From Gammaproteobacteria bacterium (lineage in GTDB: Bacteria; Pseudomonadota; Gammaproteobacteria; Steroidobacterales; UBA11654): a DNA stretch of 64,000 bases. Each line of letters opens with the position of its first letter. The stretch's first letter is position 1. The DNA is taken from positions 36,568-100,567 of the forward strand of contig PBDY01000019.1 in assembly GCA_002717445.1 (NCBI GenBank), written 5' to 3'. The notes beneath the pieces are model-generated. The model was not told the origin of the DNA. It worked only from the letters and a program-made list of their open reading frames with translations, and made no database searches. Positions 24,064 to 38,829 of this stretch are shown here, in pieces. A program made the position numbers and the translations under genes.

Positions 24064-24333
24064 ATGACAATAGATACAGATAAAAAAAGAGAAGTTATTG
24101 ATAAATATAAAACTTCTGATCTGGATACTGGTTCTCCCAATGTCCAAATTGCGCTGTTGACTCAAAAAATTGAATCGCTAACGAATCATTTTAAAATTCA
24201 TAAAAAAGACAATCATTCTCGTAGAGGACTATTAATGATGGTTAACAAGAGAAGAAAACTACTTGATTATCTCAAATCAAAAAACTTTTCAAATTATAAG
24301 CAATTAATATCTGATCTTGGATTGAGAAAGTAA
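24064..24333 (+). CDS. rpsO: 30S ribosomal protein S15
   Basis: [30 protein letters not shown]; 89 aa. Confidence 0.98.
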   Translation: MTIDTDKKREVIDKYKTSDLDTGSPNVQIALLTQKIESLTNHFKIHKKDNHSRRGLLMMVNKRRKLLDYLKSKNFSNYKQLISDLGLRK

Positions 24334-24376
24334 GTCATATCAGCGGTCAACTGACCATACAAACAAAGGAAAATCA

Positions 24377-26458
24377 GTGAATCATATAACAAAAGAGATC
24401 ATAATCAATGATCAAAAAATTACCCTCGAAACAGGAAAAGTAGCGAGACAAGCAAATGGATCAGTCGTTGCATCATGTGACGGCACTACTGTTCTTGCAA
24501 CCGTTGTAGCAAAAAGAGAAGCAGCTGAAAATCAAAGCTGGTTCCCGCTTTCTGTAAACTATCAAGAAAAAACGTATGCGGCTGGAAAAATTCCGGGTGG
24601 ATTTTTCAAGAGAGAAGGCAGGCCATCGGAAAAAGAAACGCTTATTTCAAGACTGATAGATCGGCCGTTAAGACCATCCTTTCCAGATCATTTTCTCAAT
24701 GAGGTACAAGTCGTTATAACCGTAATGAGCCTTAATCCTGAAGTTCAAACAGATGTTCTATCTATGATTGCGGCCTCAGCAGCATTATCAATCTCAGACA
24801 TACCGTTTAATGGACCCATTGCAGGTGTTCGCGTGGGCTATATTGATAACAAGCCTGTAATCAACCCAACAGTTTCTGAAATGACTGACTCTGCACTTGA
24901 CCTAATGGTAGCAGGAACAACGGATGCAATTCTTATGGTTGAGTCAGAAGCAAAAGAGCTTTCAGAAGAAGTCATGCTGGATTCTGTTATGAAAGGTCAT
25001 GATGAAATAAAGAAAATCATTGATGGTATTAACGAATTAGTTAATGAAGCCGGCAAAGATAAATGGATTCTTGAGCAAGCAGAAGAAGATGAGACTTTAA
25101 AAAATAAAGTTATTGAGATTGCAGGCTCTGATATTGAAAATGCATATGCGATTGTTGAAAAATCAGAAAGATCAAATCGTCTCGCAGAAATCAAGCAAAG
25201 TACGATTGATCAAATCACTGAATCAGATGAGGAAATCTCAAAGGATGACATTGCGTCAGAAATTAAAAAAGTCGAGAAACAAACCGTTCGATCAAAAATA
25301 CTCAATGGTGAGCCTAGAATCGATGGTCGAGATACAACAACAGTTCGAGACATCAATGTTGAAATTAACGTCCTAGAAAGAACTCATGGATCGGCCCTGT
25401 TTACTCGGGGGGAGACGCAATCTATCGTTGTCACAACTTTGGGGTCAGAACGATCATCACAAATCATTGATGCCCTAGAAGGTGAATACAAAGACAAATT
25501 TATGTTGCACTATAATTTCCCACCATACTCAGTAGGTGAAATTGGTTTCATGGGCTCTCCAAAAAGAAGGGAGATCGGGCATGGCAAGTTAGCTAGAAGA
25601 GCCTTAGAAGCCGTTCTACCCAAAATGGATGAATATCCTTATACCATTAGAATCGTATCAGAGATCACAGAATCTAATGGCTCAAGCTCTATGGCTACTG
25701 TTTGCGGATCCAGTCTTTCATTAATGCATGCTGGAGTACCCATTAAGTCACACGTTGCAGGTATCGCCATGGGGTTGGTAATGGAAGGAGATCAGTATAA
25801 AGTATTGACCGATATTTTAGGCGATGAAGATCACCTTGGAGATATGGACTTTAAAGTTGCAGGAACCGATAGCGGCATTACAGCTCTTCAGATGGATATC
25901 AAGATTGCCGGGATCACTGAGGAAATCATGAAAGATGCACTTAGCCAAGCAAAAGATGCAAAAAATCACATTTTAGAAATAATGAATCAAGCAATATCAG
26001 CGCCCTCAGAAGAGTATTCGCCTTATGCCCCATCTATCATCAGTATAACTGTCCCTAAAGACAAGATTAGAGATGTAATTGGTAAGGGTGGAGCCACGAT
26101 TAGATCGATCACTGAGGTGACCGGTGCCCAAGTTGATATCAATGATGACGGCATTGTAACAATCGCATCTGTGGATCAAGAATCAGGTCAAAAAGCAAAA
26201 GAGAAAATAGAATTACTTACAGCTGACGTAGAAGTGGATAAGATCTACGAAGGAAGGGTTGCAAAAATAATGGATTTTGGTGCCTTTGTGACAATACTAC
26301 CAGGCAAAGACGGCTTGGTTCATATCTCAGAAATCTCTGAAGAACGTGTCGAATCGGTAGAAGATGTGCTCAGCGAAGGGCAGGTCATTCAAGTAAAAGT
26401 TATCGAAGTGGACCGACAGAACCGAGTTAGACTTTCTATGAAAGCAATAAAAGACTGA
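24377..26458 (+). CDS. pnp: Polyribonucleotide nucleotidyltransferase
   Basis: [52 protein letters not shown] and S1 domains; AAGGA RBS before GTG. Confidence 0.98.
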   Translation: MNHITKEIIINDQKITLETGKVARQANGSVVASCDGTTVLATVVAKREAAENQSWFPLSVNYQEKTYAAGKIPGGFFKREGRPSEKETLISRLIDRPLRPSFPDHFLNEVQVVITVMSLNPEVQTDVLSMIAASAALSISDIPFNGPIAGVRVGYIDNKPVINPTVSEMTDSALDLMVAGTTDAILMVESEAKELSEEVMLDSVMKGHDEIKKIIDGINELVNEAGKDKWILEQAEEDETLKNKVIEIAGSDIENAYAIVEKSERSNRLAEIKQSTIDQITESDEEISKDDIASEIKKVEKQTVRSKILNGEPRIDGRDTTTVRDINVEINVLERTHGSALFTRGETQSIVVTTLGSERSSQIIDALEGEYKDKFMLHYNFPPYSVGEIGFMGSPKRREIGHGKLARRALEAVLPKMDEYPYTIRIVSEITESNGSSSMATVCGSSLSLMHAGVPIKSHVAGIAMGLVMEGDQYKVLTDILGDEDHLGDMDFKVAGTDSGITALQMDIKIAGITEEIMKDALSQAKDAKNHILEIMNQAISAPSEEYSPYAPSIISITVPKDKIRDVIGKGGATIRSITEVTGAQVDINDDGIVTIASVDQESGQKAKEKIELLTADVEVDKIYEGRVAKIMDFGAFVTILPGKDGLVHISEISEERVESVEDVLSEGQVIQVKVIEVDRQNRVRLSMKAIKD

Positions 26459-26464
26459 TAATTA

Positions 26465-26923
26465 TTATCTCGAATCTTTAAACTGCTTTTCTGTAATTTC
26501 TCTTCTCTCTTGTGCTTCAAGAGTGTAAGTTGCAACGGGTCTTGCCTCTAGACGTTTTAATCCAATTTCTTCACCCGTTTCCTCGCAATAACCAAATGTC
26601 CCTTCGTCTATTTTTACTAGTGAGATTTGTATCTTTCTAAGCAGTTTTCTTTCTCTGTCACGTGTTCGAAGTTCTAATCCAAATTCTGATTCTTGAGTAG
26701 CTCTATCATTAGGATCAGCAAGATTGTTACTATCCTTTTTCAAATGCTTCACGGTTTCTTCAGCTTCGATCTCTAACTGCTGTTTCCATGCCAAAAGAAG
26801 CTTTCTGAAATGTGTTTGCTGCGGTTTAGACATGTACTTTTCTCGAGCTTTCTTTTTATAGGGTTTTATCCCAAACTGTTCGAGTAATGAACCGTATTCT
26901 TTTTTTGTTTTTTTTCGTGGCAT
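26465..26923 (-). CDS. dksA: RNA polymerase-binding transcription factor DksA (one-cysteine type)
   Basis: Coiled-coil tip ADPNDRATQE (DxxDxA), ELRTRDRERKL, GYCEETGEEIGLKRLEARP. Confidence 0.95.
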   Translation of the reverse strand: MPRKKTKKEYGSLLEQFGIKPYKKKAREKYMSKPQQTHFRKLLLAWKQQLEIEAEETVKHLKKDSNNLADPNDRATQESEFGLELRTRDRERKLLRKIQISLVKIDEGTFGYCEETGEEIGLKRLEARPVATYTLEAQERREITEKQFKDSR

Positions 26924-26950
26924 TGGTCTAGTATTTATAAAAGAAGAAAA

Positions 26951-26978
26951 ATTATACCCTGATAATTTAATTTGTGAA
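26951..26978 (-). promoter_or_regulatory. Putative sigma70 promoter of dksA
   Basis: Minus-strand TTCACA-N16-TATAAT, ending 27 bp before the dksA ATG. Confidence 0.5.
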
Positions 26979-26995
26979 CAGTTATATACTGTTGA

Positions 26996-27382
26996 TTACT
27001 TAATTTTATTCTTTGGTGTCCATTCAGTGTTTTGGTGTTTGAATTCAATATCGGTGTAGATTCCACCGCGAACATTAAACTTTGACTTAAAATGTAAGTA
27101 CCTGGGCGTTAGCAATTCCATCAAATGTTCATATATACGACCTGTTACAGCTTCGTGGTAAGCACCTTCGTCACGATATGATGCCATGTACAACTTTAGA
27201 GATTTTAGTTCAACACAGTGCCTATCAGGCACATACTCTAGAAACATTTTTGCAAAATCAGGCTGCCCCGTCATTGGACACAAACAAGTAAATTCAGATA
27301 TTTTTGTCTTGATTAAGAAATCATGTTCGATATTTGGATTATCAAATCTTTCCAAAATGTTGTGTCTACTTTTTTGATTCAT
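26996..27382 (-). CDS. queF: NADPH-dependent 7-cyano-7-deazaguanine reductase QueF (single T-fold type)
   Basis: EFTCLCPMTGQPDFA, QueF motif ELKSLKLY, HE, RGGI. Confidence 0.94.
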   Translation of the reverse strand: MNQKSRHNILERFDNPNIEHDFLIKTKISEFTCLCPMTGQPDFAKMFLEYVPDRHCVELKSLKLYMASYRDEGAYHEAVTGRIYEHLMELLTPRYLHFKSKFNVRGGIYTDIEFKHQNTEWTPKNKIK

Positions 27383-27466
27383 TCTTTTGCCTCATTTTTT
27401 CAATTTATTAATGTATATAAGAAACAATATATTTTAAAATGAACCATTATCATTTAACAGTCTTGT

Positions 27467-30186
27467 ATGCGTCTCAGTAAAATCAAACTTTCAGGCTTCA
27501 AAACGTTCGTTGAACCGACAACACTAACTTTGCCATCAAATCTAGTGGGAATAGTGGGTCCAAATGGTTGTGGTAAATCAAATGTTATAGATGCGGTTAG
27601 ATGGGTTCTTGGAGAATCATCGGCAAAATATCTTAGAGGCGAATCTATGTCCGATGTTATTTTTAATGGATCCGCATCTAGAAAACCTGTCAGCAATGCT
27701 TCGATTGAGCTTTTTTTTGATAATTCTGAAAAGAAGATTGTCGGAGAATTTGCAAAATACAATGAAATATCCACTCGAAGAGTCATTACCAGAGATGGTC
27801 AGTCAGAATATTACCTAAATGGTACGAAGTGCCGACGCAAAGACATTACCAGTCTTTTCTTAGGTACAGGCTTAGGCCCTAGAAGTTATGCCATCGTTCA
27901 ACAAGCCATGATCTCAAGCTTGATTGAAGCCAAGCCAGATGAAATGAGGGTATTTTTAGAAGAAGCATCGGGCATTTCAAAATATAAACAAAAAAGAAAA
28001 GAAACAGAATCCAGAATTAAAAACACGAGGGAAAACCTAAATCGTCTAAATGATCTCAAAGAAGAAATTGACAAACAGATAAAACGACTCAAAAAACAAG
28101 CGAGAGATGCAGAAAGATATAAAGATCTTAAAAGCAGAGAAAAAGACATTGAGGGAGAAATCATTTACTGCAAAATCACGGACATCAATAAAAGTCTAGA
28201 ACAGAATGAATCTGAGGCAAAATCTTACCGAGATACTTACGATGATCGACTGACAAATCTAAGAAAAGTCGAAGCAGATATAGAAGAACTCCGCATAAAA
28301 AATAATGAAATTAACGAGTCATTCAACTCAAAACAGAAGGATCATTTTGAAATTCAAGCCAATATCGCAAGAATCGAACAATCCATCGAGTACGAAAAAG
28401 AATTAGAATCTCAGAAATCGGTCAATGCAAAAGAAATCAAAAAAGAACTTGATCGCATAAAGACTGAATATTCTGCTGACAAAATTGAGCTTGATCGAAT
28501 CAACGCGGACCTTGAATTAAAAAATAAATCGAATGATCAAAACCAAATTGCTTTATCGCAATTAGAAAACGATCTAGACACGACATCTCAGACGCTTATA
28601 TCAGAAGAAAATCTGAATGAGGATCTAAAGACTGAACTCAATGAACTTAAGACCACATTTGAAAGTGAAACAATTAGGGTCACTCTCTTGGAGAAACAAT
28701 CAAGTGAGCAGATCAAACAAAAAGAAATCATCATAACAGTGCATCAACTAAAAGATGGTTTTTTAGACTTAAAGTCTCTACTAGAGGAATCTATATCGGC
28801 TTTCAGTACCGATACTAATACAAACATTAATAACCACATACAAGAACTTGAAGCGAAAATTAATCGATTATCTTCCGAATATTCAGACACTGAAATAAAA
28901 ATATCTGAGAATGAGAAACAACTTCTTAAGACCAAAGAAGTTATAACCAGTACAAAAAAAATAAAAGATGCTTTGGAAGTGAAAAAGAATGCTTCGGATC
29001 AAAAAAAGACGGATCTTGCTAACCTAAGAAATACACAGAATCAAAAACTAATGAACCTTAGGGAAAGGGTTCAAGATTCAGAATTAAAGACAGAGTCCTT
29101 AAAAACCTCACAACAGGGCCTTCAAACAGCCATAGCAAGATTAGAGGCTCAAATGAATCAGCTGAAATCTCGCTCTCTAGAACTATCAGCAAAAGAAAAT
29201 CCTCAGAAATCAATCAATGAGGATCAGAAATTGGAATTGGAATCTCTATTGAACAAGAGTCTTGAAAGTGAAAAATCATTGGAAGCAGAAAGAAAACAAC
29301 AAGAAGAAATGCAGTCGCTTTTAAGAAATCAAGAAGTAGACCGAACAAATATCAATGCATCAGTCAATCAAGCAAGGGAAGACTTGGAAAAATTTAAGTT
29401 GAAGCAAAAAGAATATGAAGTAAGAAAAGATTCTCTTAATGAACAGTTAAATGACATGGGACTAAGCTTTGATGCAGTGGACGAAAAATCAACCAAAAAA
29501 GCGATCACACTTGATTCACTATCTTCAGAACTTGAAAAGATATTGAGAGGAATCGATCGATTAGGCGCTATCAATCTAGCAGCCGAAGCAGAATTCAAAG
29601 AAGAAAGCACTCGAATGGAAAAACTTGACGAACAGTTTGATGACCTTAATAGAGCGCTTGAAACTCTTACGGGTGCAATAAAGAAAATCGATGATGAGTC
29701 GAAATCACGATTCAGCGAAACATTTGAAAAAGTAAATAAAGGTCTATCAAAACATTTTCCTAGACTCTTTGATGGCGGAAAAGCTTACCTAGAACTCGAA
29801 GACAATGATGCGCTCAATGGTGGTGTATTTGTCATGGCAAGACCTCCTGGAAAAAGGAACAGCAATATACATCTTCTTTCTGGAGGCGAGAAAGCTCTCA
29901 CAGCTGTAGCACTCTTATTTTCAATATTTGAATTAAACCCAGCACCATTCTGCCTCCTGGATGAGGTTGACGCACCCCTGGATGACGCAAATGTCAGTAG
30001 ATTTTGTGAGATTGTAAAAGAAATGAGCAGCAGCGTTCAATTTGTTGTCATTACACACAATAAAACAACAATGGAACTGACTAAACAATTGATCGGCGTG
30101 ACAATGAGTGAACCCGGTGTATCTAGATTGGTCTCGGTTGACCTTGATGAAGCAATAGAATTATCAGACCAAAATGAAACGACCTG

Positions 30187-30187
<1 letters not shown>
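27467..30187 (+). CDS. smc: Chromosome segregation ATPase SMC, short form with no recognisable hinge
   Basis: Walker A GPNGCGKSN, DAVRWVLGE, LGAINLAA, signature LSGGEK, Walker B FCLLDEVDAPLD, H-loop ITH; smc-zipA-ligA synteny. Confidence 0.93.
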
Positions 30188-33478
<3,291 letters not shown>

Positions 33479-33492
<14 letters not shown>

Positions 33493-34072
33493 AAATATTG
33501 TCGAAGCCTTACTGTTATCTTCAGGTGAACCTCTGTCTGCAGACAGAATACATAAAATCATCAATTCAAAAAAATCATGCACTAAGGCTGACATACTCGA
33601 AACAATCGATGAACTGAATATCGAATACAATGAAAAAGAGATAGAAGTAACTAGAGTTGCGAGTGGCTTTAGAATCCAAGCAAAATCATCAATTAATGAT
33701 TTTCTCAATATTATTTACGCTGAGAAAACACCAAGATACTCAAGAGCCCTCATGGAAACGCTTTCCATCATAGCCTATAAACAGCCAGTCACAAGGGGAG
33801 ACATTGAATCCATCAGAGGGGTATCGGTAAGCAGTAGCATCATGAGAACACTAACTGACCGCAATTGGATTAAGATTGTTGGTTATAAGGATGTCCCCGG
33901 TAAACCTGCCATGTTTTCAACCACGAATGAATTTCTTGATTATTTTGGTTTAGAAAAACTAACCGAGCTGCCTGACCTCCCAGATATTAAGGAACCTGAA
34001 AATCTTAATTTAGATCTAGAACCTGAAACGTTAAATGAAGTGACCGCAGTTTCATCTGATCAGTTGAATTAA
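33479..34072 (+). CDS. scpB: Segregation and condensation protein B
   Basis: VEALLLSSGEPLS, METLSIIAYKQPVTRGDIESIRGV, FLDYFGL. Confidence 0.96.
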
Positions 34073-34074
34073 AT

Positions 34075-34806
34075 TTACTGACAATCGATGCTTTGACCAG
34101 TGATGCCTTTACTCTCATCAGACATTAGCCAGACATATTTATCCATGAGCTCGACAGGTTCTTTCAATGCGGTTTCATCTTCATATGGATAAGCCTGTTT
34201 CCGCATTTTTGTCTTTGTGGCCCCTGGATTGATGCAGTTGAAACGAATACTTGATTGGTCGTCATGTTCCAAACTCAAAATCTGTGACAATGCCTCTACA
34301 CCAAATTTTGAAACTGAATAAGCCCCCCAGAATGCTTTTCCAATTTTACCCACTCCGCTCGATGTAAATATTACGGAGGCATTATCTGATCCATACAATG
34401 CTGGCAAAAGGGCTTTCGTTAATAAAAATTGTGCCGTTAAATTGACATGAATGGTCTGAACCCATGTTTCAGAATCATAGTGTGCAATCGGTGAACGGTC
34501 ACCCAAAACACCTGCATTCAGGAGCAAGCCATCTAATTTCCCAAATTCATTCATCATATTTTCAAAAACCATCTGATAATCATTGCCATCAGCTTTTTCT
34601 AAATCCATAAGAGAAATCATTGGTTCATCACAATTGAGTTCAGAGATCTCATCATAAACGTGCTCGAGAGACTCTATATTTCTGCCGAGCAAAATGACCT
34701 TTGCACCTTGTTTTGCATATTCGACTGCTGCAGCTTTACCAATTCCGGCATTAGCGCCGGTAACAAGAATAATCTTGCTATCGAGTTTATTTTTAGACAA
34801 TTTCAT
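34075..34806 (-). CDS. yciK: YciK-family short-chain dehydrogenase
   Basis: TGANAGIG, FTSSGVG, WGAYSVSK, INPGATKTKMR; follows ubiG-gph. Confidence 0.85.
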   Translation of the reverse strand: MKLSKNKLDSKIILVTGANAGIGKAAAVEYAKQGAKVILLGRNIESLEHVYDEISELNCDEPMISLMDLEKADGNDYQMVFENMMNEFGKLDGLLLNAGVLGDRSPIAHYDSETWVQTIHVNLTAQFLLTKALLPALYGSDNASVIFTSSGVGKIGKAFWGAYSVSKFGVEALSQILSLEHDDQSSIRFNCINPGATKTKMRKQAYPYEDETALKEPVELMDKYVWLMSDESKGITGQSIDCQ

Positions 34807-35446
34807 TCACCTGGATTAAATCGTTTATTACATACTCCGCCTTCCATGAGGAAGGCTTATCATTCACATCTCTGTATCCATAAGAACATGCAATGGATTT
34901 GATATTTGCTGCTTTTGCTGCAGCAACATCTTTTTCCGCATCTCCAACATAGTAAACATTATGATACTCATATGAGCTTGGTATCTTCTCCAATGCTTTA
35001 ATGAGAGGCTCAGGATCGGGTTTTCTTTTCTTAACATGATCGCCACAAACCAACGTCTTCAGCCTTTCTAAAAGTTCATGTTCTTCCAATAATGGTGTGG
35101 TAAACCGGCTGGATTTATTAGTCACCACGCCATAATCAATACCTCTATCATCGAGGCTGTCCAATAGGCTGACTGTATTGTCGAAGAGTTTACTCTTCTG
35201 ACCCAATACCGCTTCATAAATATCAAGATAACGGTCATATCTTTCGTTTTCAATTCCAGGATCATCAGTGAATGCAGTTGAAAATATTCCTAATACACCA
35301 TTGGATACCTGAGATCTTACATCTTCATAATTAACATTGGGCATTGATTCTTCATTGAGGAGAATGCCAAGTGCCAAATACATATCTGGCGCTGTATCAA
35401 TCAACGTCCCATCGAGATCAAAAAGAACGATTGTTTTGCCTCCCAT
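34793..35446 (-). CDS. HAD-family phosphatase (phosphoglycolate phosphatase / MupP-like)
   Basis: FDLDGTLIDT, VVTNK, KPDPEP, YVGDAEKD. Confidence 0.85.
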   Translation of the reverse strand: MGGKTIVLFDLDGTLIDTAPDMYLALGILLNEESMPNVNYEDVRSQVSNGVLGIFSTAFTDDPGIENERYDRYLDIYEAVLGQKSKLFDNTVSLLDSLDDRGIDYGVVTNKSSRFTTPLLEEHELLERLKTLVCGDHVKKRKPDPEPLIKALEKIPSSYEYHNVYYVGDAEKDVAAAKAANIKSIACSYGYRDVNDKPSSWKAEYVINDLIQVNEIV

Positions 35447-35448
35447 GA

Positions 35449-36156
35449 TTATATTTTTTTAAAATGCATCATGTAGTTGACATCGACATCATCTGAAATC
35501 AAGAACTCTGTTGTAATTGGATTGTATGTCACTCCAATCAACTCAATAAGCTCGAGTCCAGCTAATCTTGACCACTCTTCCAATTCGGATGGTTTGATAA
35601 AGCAGTCATATTCATGCGTTCCTTTTGGAAGGAGATTGAGTATGTACTCGGCTCCAACGATTGCCATAATATAAGATTTTATATTTCTATTGATCGTTGC
35701 AAAAAAAAGATCGCCGCCTTGGCATATAATTTCTGAACATGCTTTTACAGTATCCTTTGGTGACGGGACATGTTCCAGCATTTCCATACACGTCAGAACT
35801 TGAAAATTGCCTTCATGATTCAAAGCGAATTTTTCAACAGTGCTCTGAGAATATTTTAAATTATGTATGCCCGATTGATTTCTATGGATGTTTGCTACGG
35901 CTAAACTTTTCTCAGCCATGTCTATTCCATGCACAGCAGATGCTACCGATGCCATCGATTCAGAGAGTATTCCGCCTCCGCAACCAACATCAATGGCACT
36001 TTTCCCATCTAAATCACTGTTGGATCTAATATATTCAAATCGAAGAGGATTGAGCTTATGAAGTGACGCAAAGCTGCCGTGTGGATTCCACCATTCCTTG
36101 GCAAGTTCATCAAACTTCTTTACTTCCTCTGGGCTGACATTCTCTTTTTGATTCAT
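35449..36156 (-). CDS. ubiG: Ubiquinone biosynthesis O-methyltransferase
   Basis: EVKKFDELAKEWW, LHKLNPLR, DVGCGGG, CMEMLEHV, LPKGTHEY. Confidence 0.96.
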   Translation of the reverse strand: MNQKENVSPEEVKKFDELAKEWWNPHGSFASLHKLNPLRFEYIRSNSDLDGKSAIDVGCGGGILSESMASVASAVHGIDMAEKSLAVANIHRNQSGIHNLKYSQSTVEKFALNHEGNFQVLTCMEMLEHVPSPKDTVKACSEIICQGGDLFFATINRNIKSYIMAIVGAEYILNLLPKGTHEYDCFIKPSELEEWSRLAGLELIELIGVTYNPITTEFLISDDVDVNYMMHFKKI

Positions 36157-36298
36157 GAACGATAAATCCTTATTTAATAGGGTTTTTAACCATAAAAACC
36201 ATTAATGATGTGCTAAAATTATACATTGATATCAACTCATATACCTGTGTATTGATGCGCATCAAAATAATATTCGTAAATAACAAGATTTTAATGTC

Positions 36299-38827
36299 AT
36301 GACAGATAAAATTTCTCAGATTAATTTAGAAGATGAAATGAAAAAATCCTATCTGGATTATGCAATGAGTGTCATTATTGGACGGGCATTGCCGGATGTC
36401 AGAGATGGTTTAAAGCCAGTACATAGAAGAGTGCTTTACGCGATGAAAGTCCTTGGCAACGATCATACGAAAGCTTATAAGAAATCAGCAAGAATTGTCG
36501 GCGATGTAATCGGTAAATATCATCCCCATGGAGACAGTGCAGTTTATGAAACCATCGTCAGGATGGCCCAAGATTTTTCATTGCGATACACGCTTGTTGA
36601 CGGACAAGGAAATTTTGGTTCAATCGACGGCGATCGAGCAGCTGCAATGCGTTACACCGAGGTCAGAATGCAAAAGATCACGCAGGAACTTCTTGCTGAC
36701 CTTGATAAAGATACTGTTGACTTCATCCCTAATTATGATGAATCTGAAGAAGAGCCTGCAGTTTTACCAACAAGACTACCCAATCTTTTGATCAATGGTT
36801 CCGCTGGAATTGCCGTGGGAATGGCTACCAATATTCCTCCGCATAATTTAAAGGAAGTCATAGATGCGTGTTTGTTTATTTTGGACAACGATGAGACGAC
36901 CATTGATGAATTGATCAAACTGATACCGGCACCTGATTTTCCGACTGCAGCAACAATTCATGGAATCGATGGCATTAAACAAGCTTATGAAACCGGAAGA
37001 GGGAGGGTGCACGTAAGGGCAAGAACCTCCATTGAAGAAAATGGGGATCGAGAAACAATCGTTGTTTCTGAGCTCCCATATCAAGTGAACAAAGCAAGAT
37101 TGATTGAAAAGATCGCCGAGCTGGTTAGGGATAAGAAAATAGAAGGGATATCTGAGATTAGAGATGAATCTGATAAGGACGGACTAAGGATTGCCATTGA
37201 CCTTAAAAGGGGAGTTGTGTCGGATGTTCTCCTAAATAACTTATATAAGCAAACACTGCTTGAGAGTACATTCTCTATAAATATGGTTGCACTATCGAAT
37301 GGACAACCAAAACTGATGAATCTAAAGGGGATGTTAGATGCTTTCCTTGCCCACAGAAGAGACGTCGTTACCAAAAGGACCATTTATGAGCTCAATCGCT
37401 CCATTAATAGAGCACACATATTAGAAGGGCAGACTATTGCGTTAACGAACATTGATCAAATGATCGCCATCATCAAAAAATCTAAAACTCCAGCAGATGC
37501 TCAAAAAGCTTTAATATCTAAACTATGGAAAACTGGGAAAGTAAAAGAGATGCTAAAAAAAGCAGACAACGTTTCCACAGTTCCAAAACACCTGATAAAT
37601 ATTGAAAAGTTTGGAATGGAAAAAAGAGGCTACAGACTATCAACCGAACAAGCTAAAGCGATCCTTGATTTAAAACTCAATCGGTTAACTGGACTTGAAC
37701 AGGAAAGCATTTATAACGAGTACTCTGCTTTATTAGAAGACATCAAACGATTTACTGTAATCCTATCAAATCCAGATGAATTGACTTCTGTGATCAGATC
37801 TGAACTCATTGAAACACAGGAAACATATGGCGATGAACGACGAACAGAAATTGTTGAATTCTACTCTGACCTAACAGATGAAGATCTTATACCTGAAGAA
37901 GATCTGATTGTGACTCTTTCTAAGGAAGGCTATGCAAAAACACAACCGATCGATACCTATCAAGCACAGAATCGAGGGGGTACAGGAAAGAGGGCTGCAA
38001 CATTGAAAGACGAAGATTTTGTTTCAAAATTATTCGTTGCCAATACACACGACACATTGCTGTGTTTTTCAAGTTATGGAAAAGTCTATTGGATTAAAGT
38101 TTATAGACTCCCAAGAGGAGGGCGAAATGCAAAAGGTCGACCGATAGTAAACTTCTTACCGCTTGAAAAAGATGAACGAATACAAGCCGTATTGCCAGTA
38201 AAAGAATTCAATGATGGTCAGTTTGTCTTTATGGCAACTGAAACTGGGAGCATAAAGAAAACAAAGTTGTCTGCATATTCAAGACCCATGAAATCAGGCA
38301 TCAAGGCAATAAAGCTCAGAGAAGGTGATAGGGTCGTCAATGCTGAAATCACGGATGGATCAAAGGAAATAATGCTTTTCTCTGATTCTGGAAAATCAAT
38401 TCGTTTCAAAGAATCAGACGCAAGACCCATGGGAAGAGTCTCACAAGGCGTAAGAGGCATGCGAATCGAGAAAGGTCAAAAAATTATTTCACTTGTTGTG
38501 TTAGAGGAAGGAAACATAATTGTTGCAACTGAGAACGGCTATGGCAAACAAACATTGAGAGATGAGTTCTCAACTCAGAAGAGAGGCGGAAAAGGCGTTA
38601 TCGCAATACAGACTTCAAAAAGAAATGGAAGCTTGATTGGTGCAAATCAAGTCAGTGCAGGCGATGAAGTTATGTTCATCAGTACTTCTGGTAATTTGAT
38701 TCGAACACGAACAGATGATATTTCTGTGATTGGCAGAAACACACAAGGCGTGAGATTAATCAGGCTTTCTGACGACGACAATTTATTGGGAATGGAAAAA
38801 GTCATCAACGTCGATGATGACGAGTAA
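36299..38827 (+). CDS. gyrA: DNA gyrase subunit A
   Basis: [35 protein letters not shown], GyrA box QNRGGTG. Confidence 0.98.
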   Translation: MTDKISQINLEDEMKKSYLDYAMSVIIGRALPDVRDGLKPVHRRVLYAMKVLGNDHTKAYKKSARIVGDVIGKYHPHGDSAVYETIVRMAQDFSLRYTLVDGQGNFGSIDGDRAAAMRYTEVRMQKITQELLADLDKDTVDFIPNYDESEEEPAVLPTRLPNLLINGSAGIAVGMATNIPPHNLKEVIDACLFILDNDETTIDELIKLIPAPDFPTAATIHGIDGIKQAYETGRGRVHVRARTSIEENGDRETIVVSELPYQVNKARLIEKIAELVRDKKIEGISEIRDESDKDGLRIAIDLKRGVVSDVLLNNLYKQTLLESTFSINMVALSNGQPKLMNLKGMLDAFLAHRRDVVTKRTIYELNRSINRAHILEGQTIALTNIDQMIAIIKKSKTPADAQKALISKLWKTGKVKEMLKKADNVSTVPKHLINIEKFGMEKRGYRLSTEQAKAILDLKLNRLTGLEQESIYNEYSALLEDIKRFTVILSNPDELTSVIRSELIETQETYGDERRTEIVEFYSDLTDEDLIPEEDLIVTLSKEGYAKTQPIDTYQAQNRGGTGKRAATLKDEDFVSKLFVANTHDTLLCFSSYGKVYWIKVYRLPRGGRNAKGRPIVNFLPLEKDERIQAVLPVKEFNDGQFVFMATETGSIKKTKLSAYSRPMKSGIKAIKLREGDRVVNAEITDGSKEIMLFSDSGKSIRFKESDARPMGRVSQGVRGMRIEKGQKIISLVVLEEGNIIVATENGYGKQTLRDEFSTQKRGGKGVIAIQTSKRNGSLIGANQVSAGDEVMFISTSGNLIRTRTDDISVIGRNTQGVRLIRLSDDDNLLGMEKVINVDDDE

Positions 38828-38829
38828 AC

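Noticed and set aside
27383-27466. Possible preQ1 riboswitch upstream of queF
   Set aside because: No preQ1 stem-loop or pseudoknot consensus visible; it looks like an AT-rich divergent promoter spacer.
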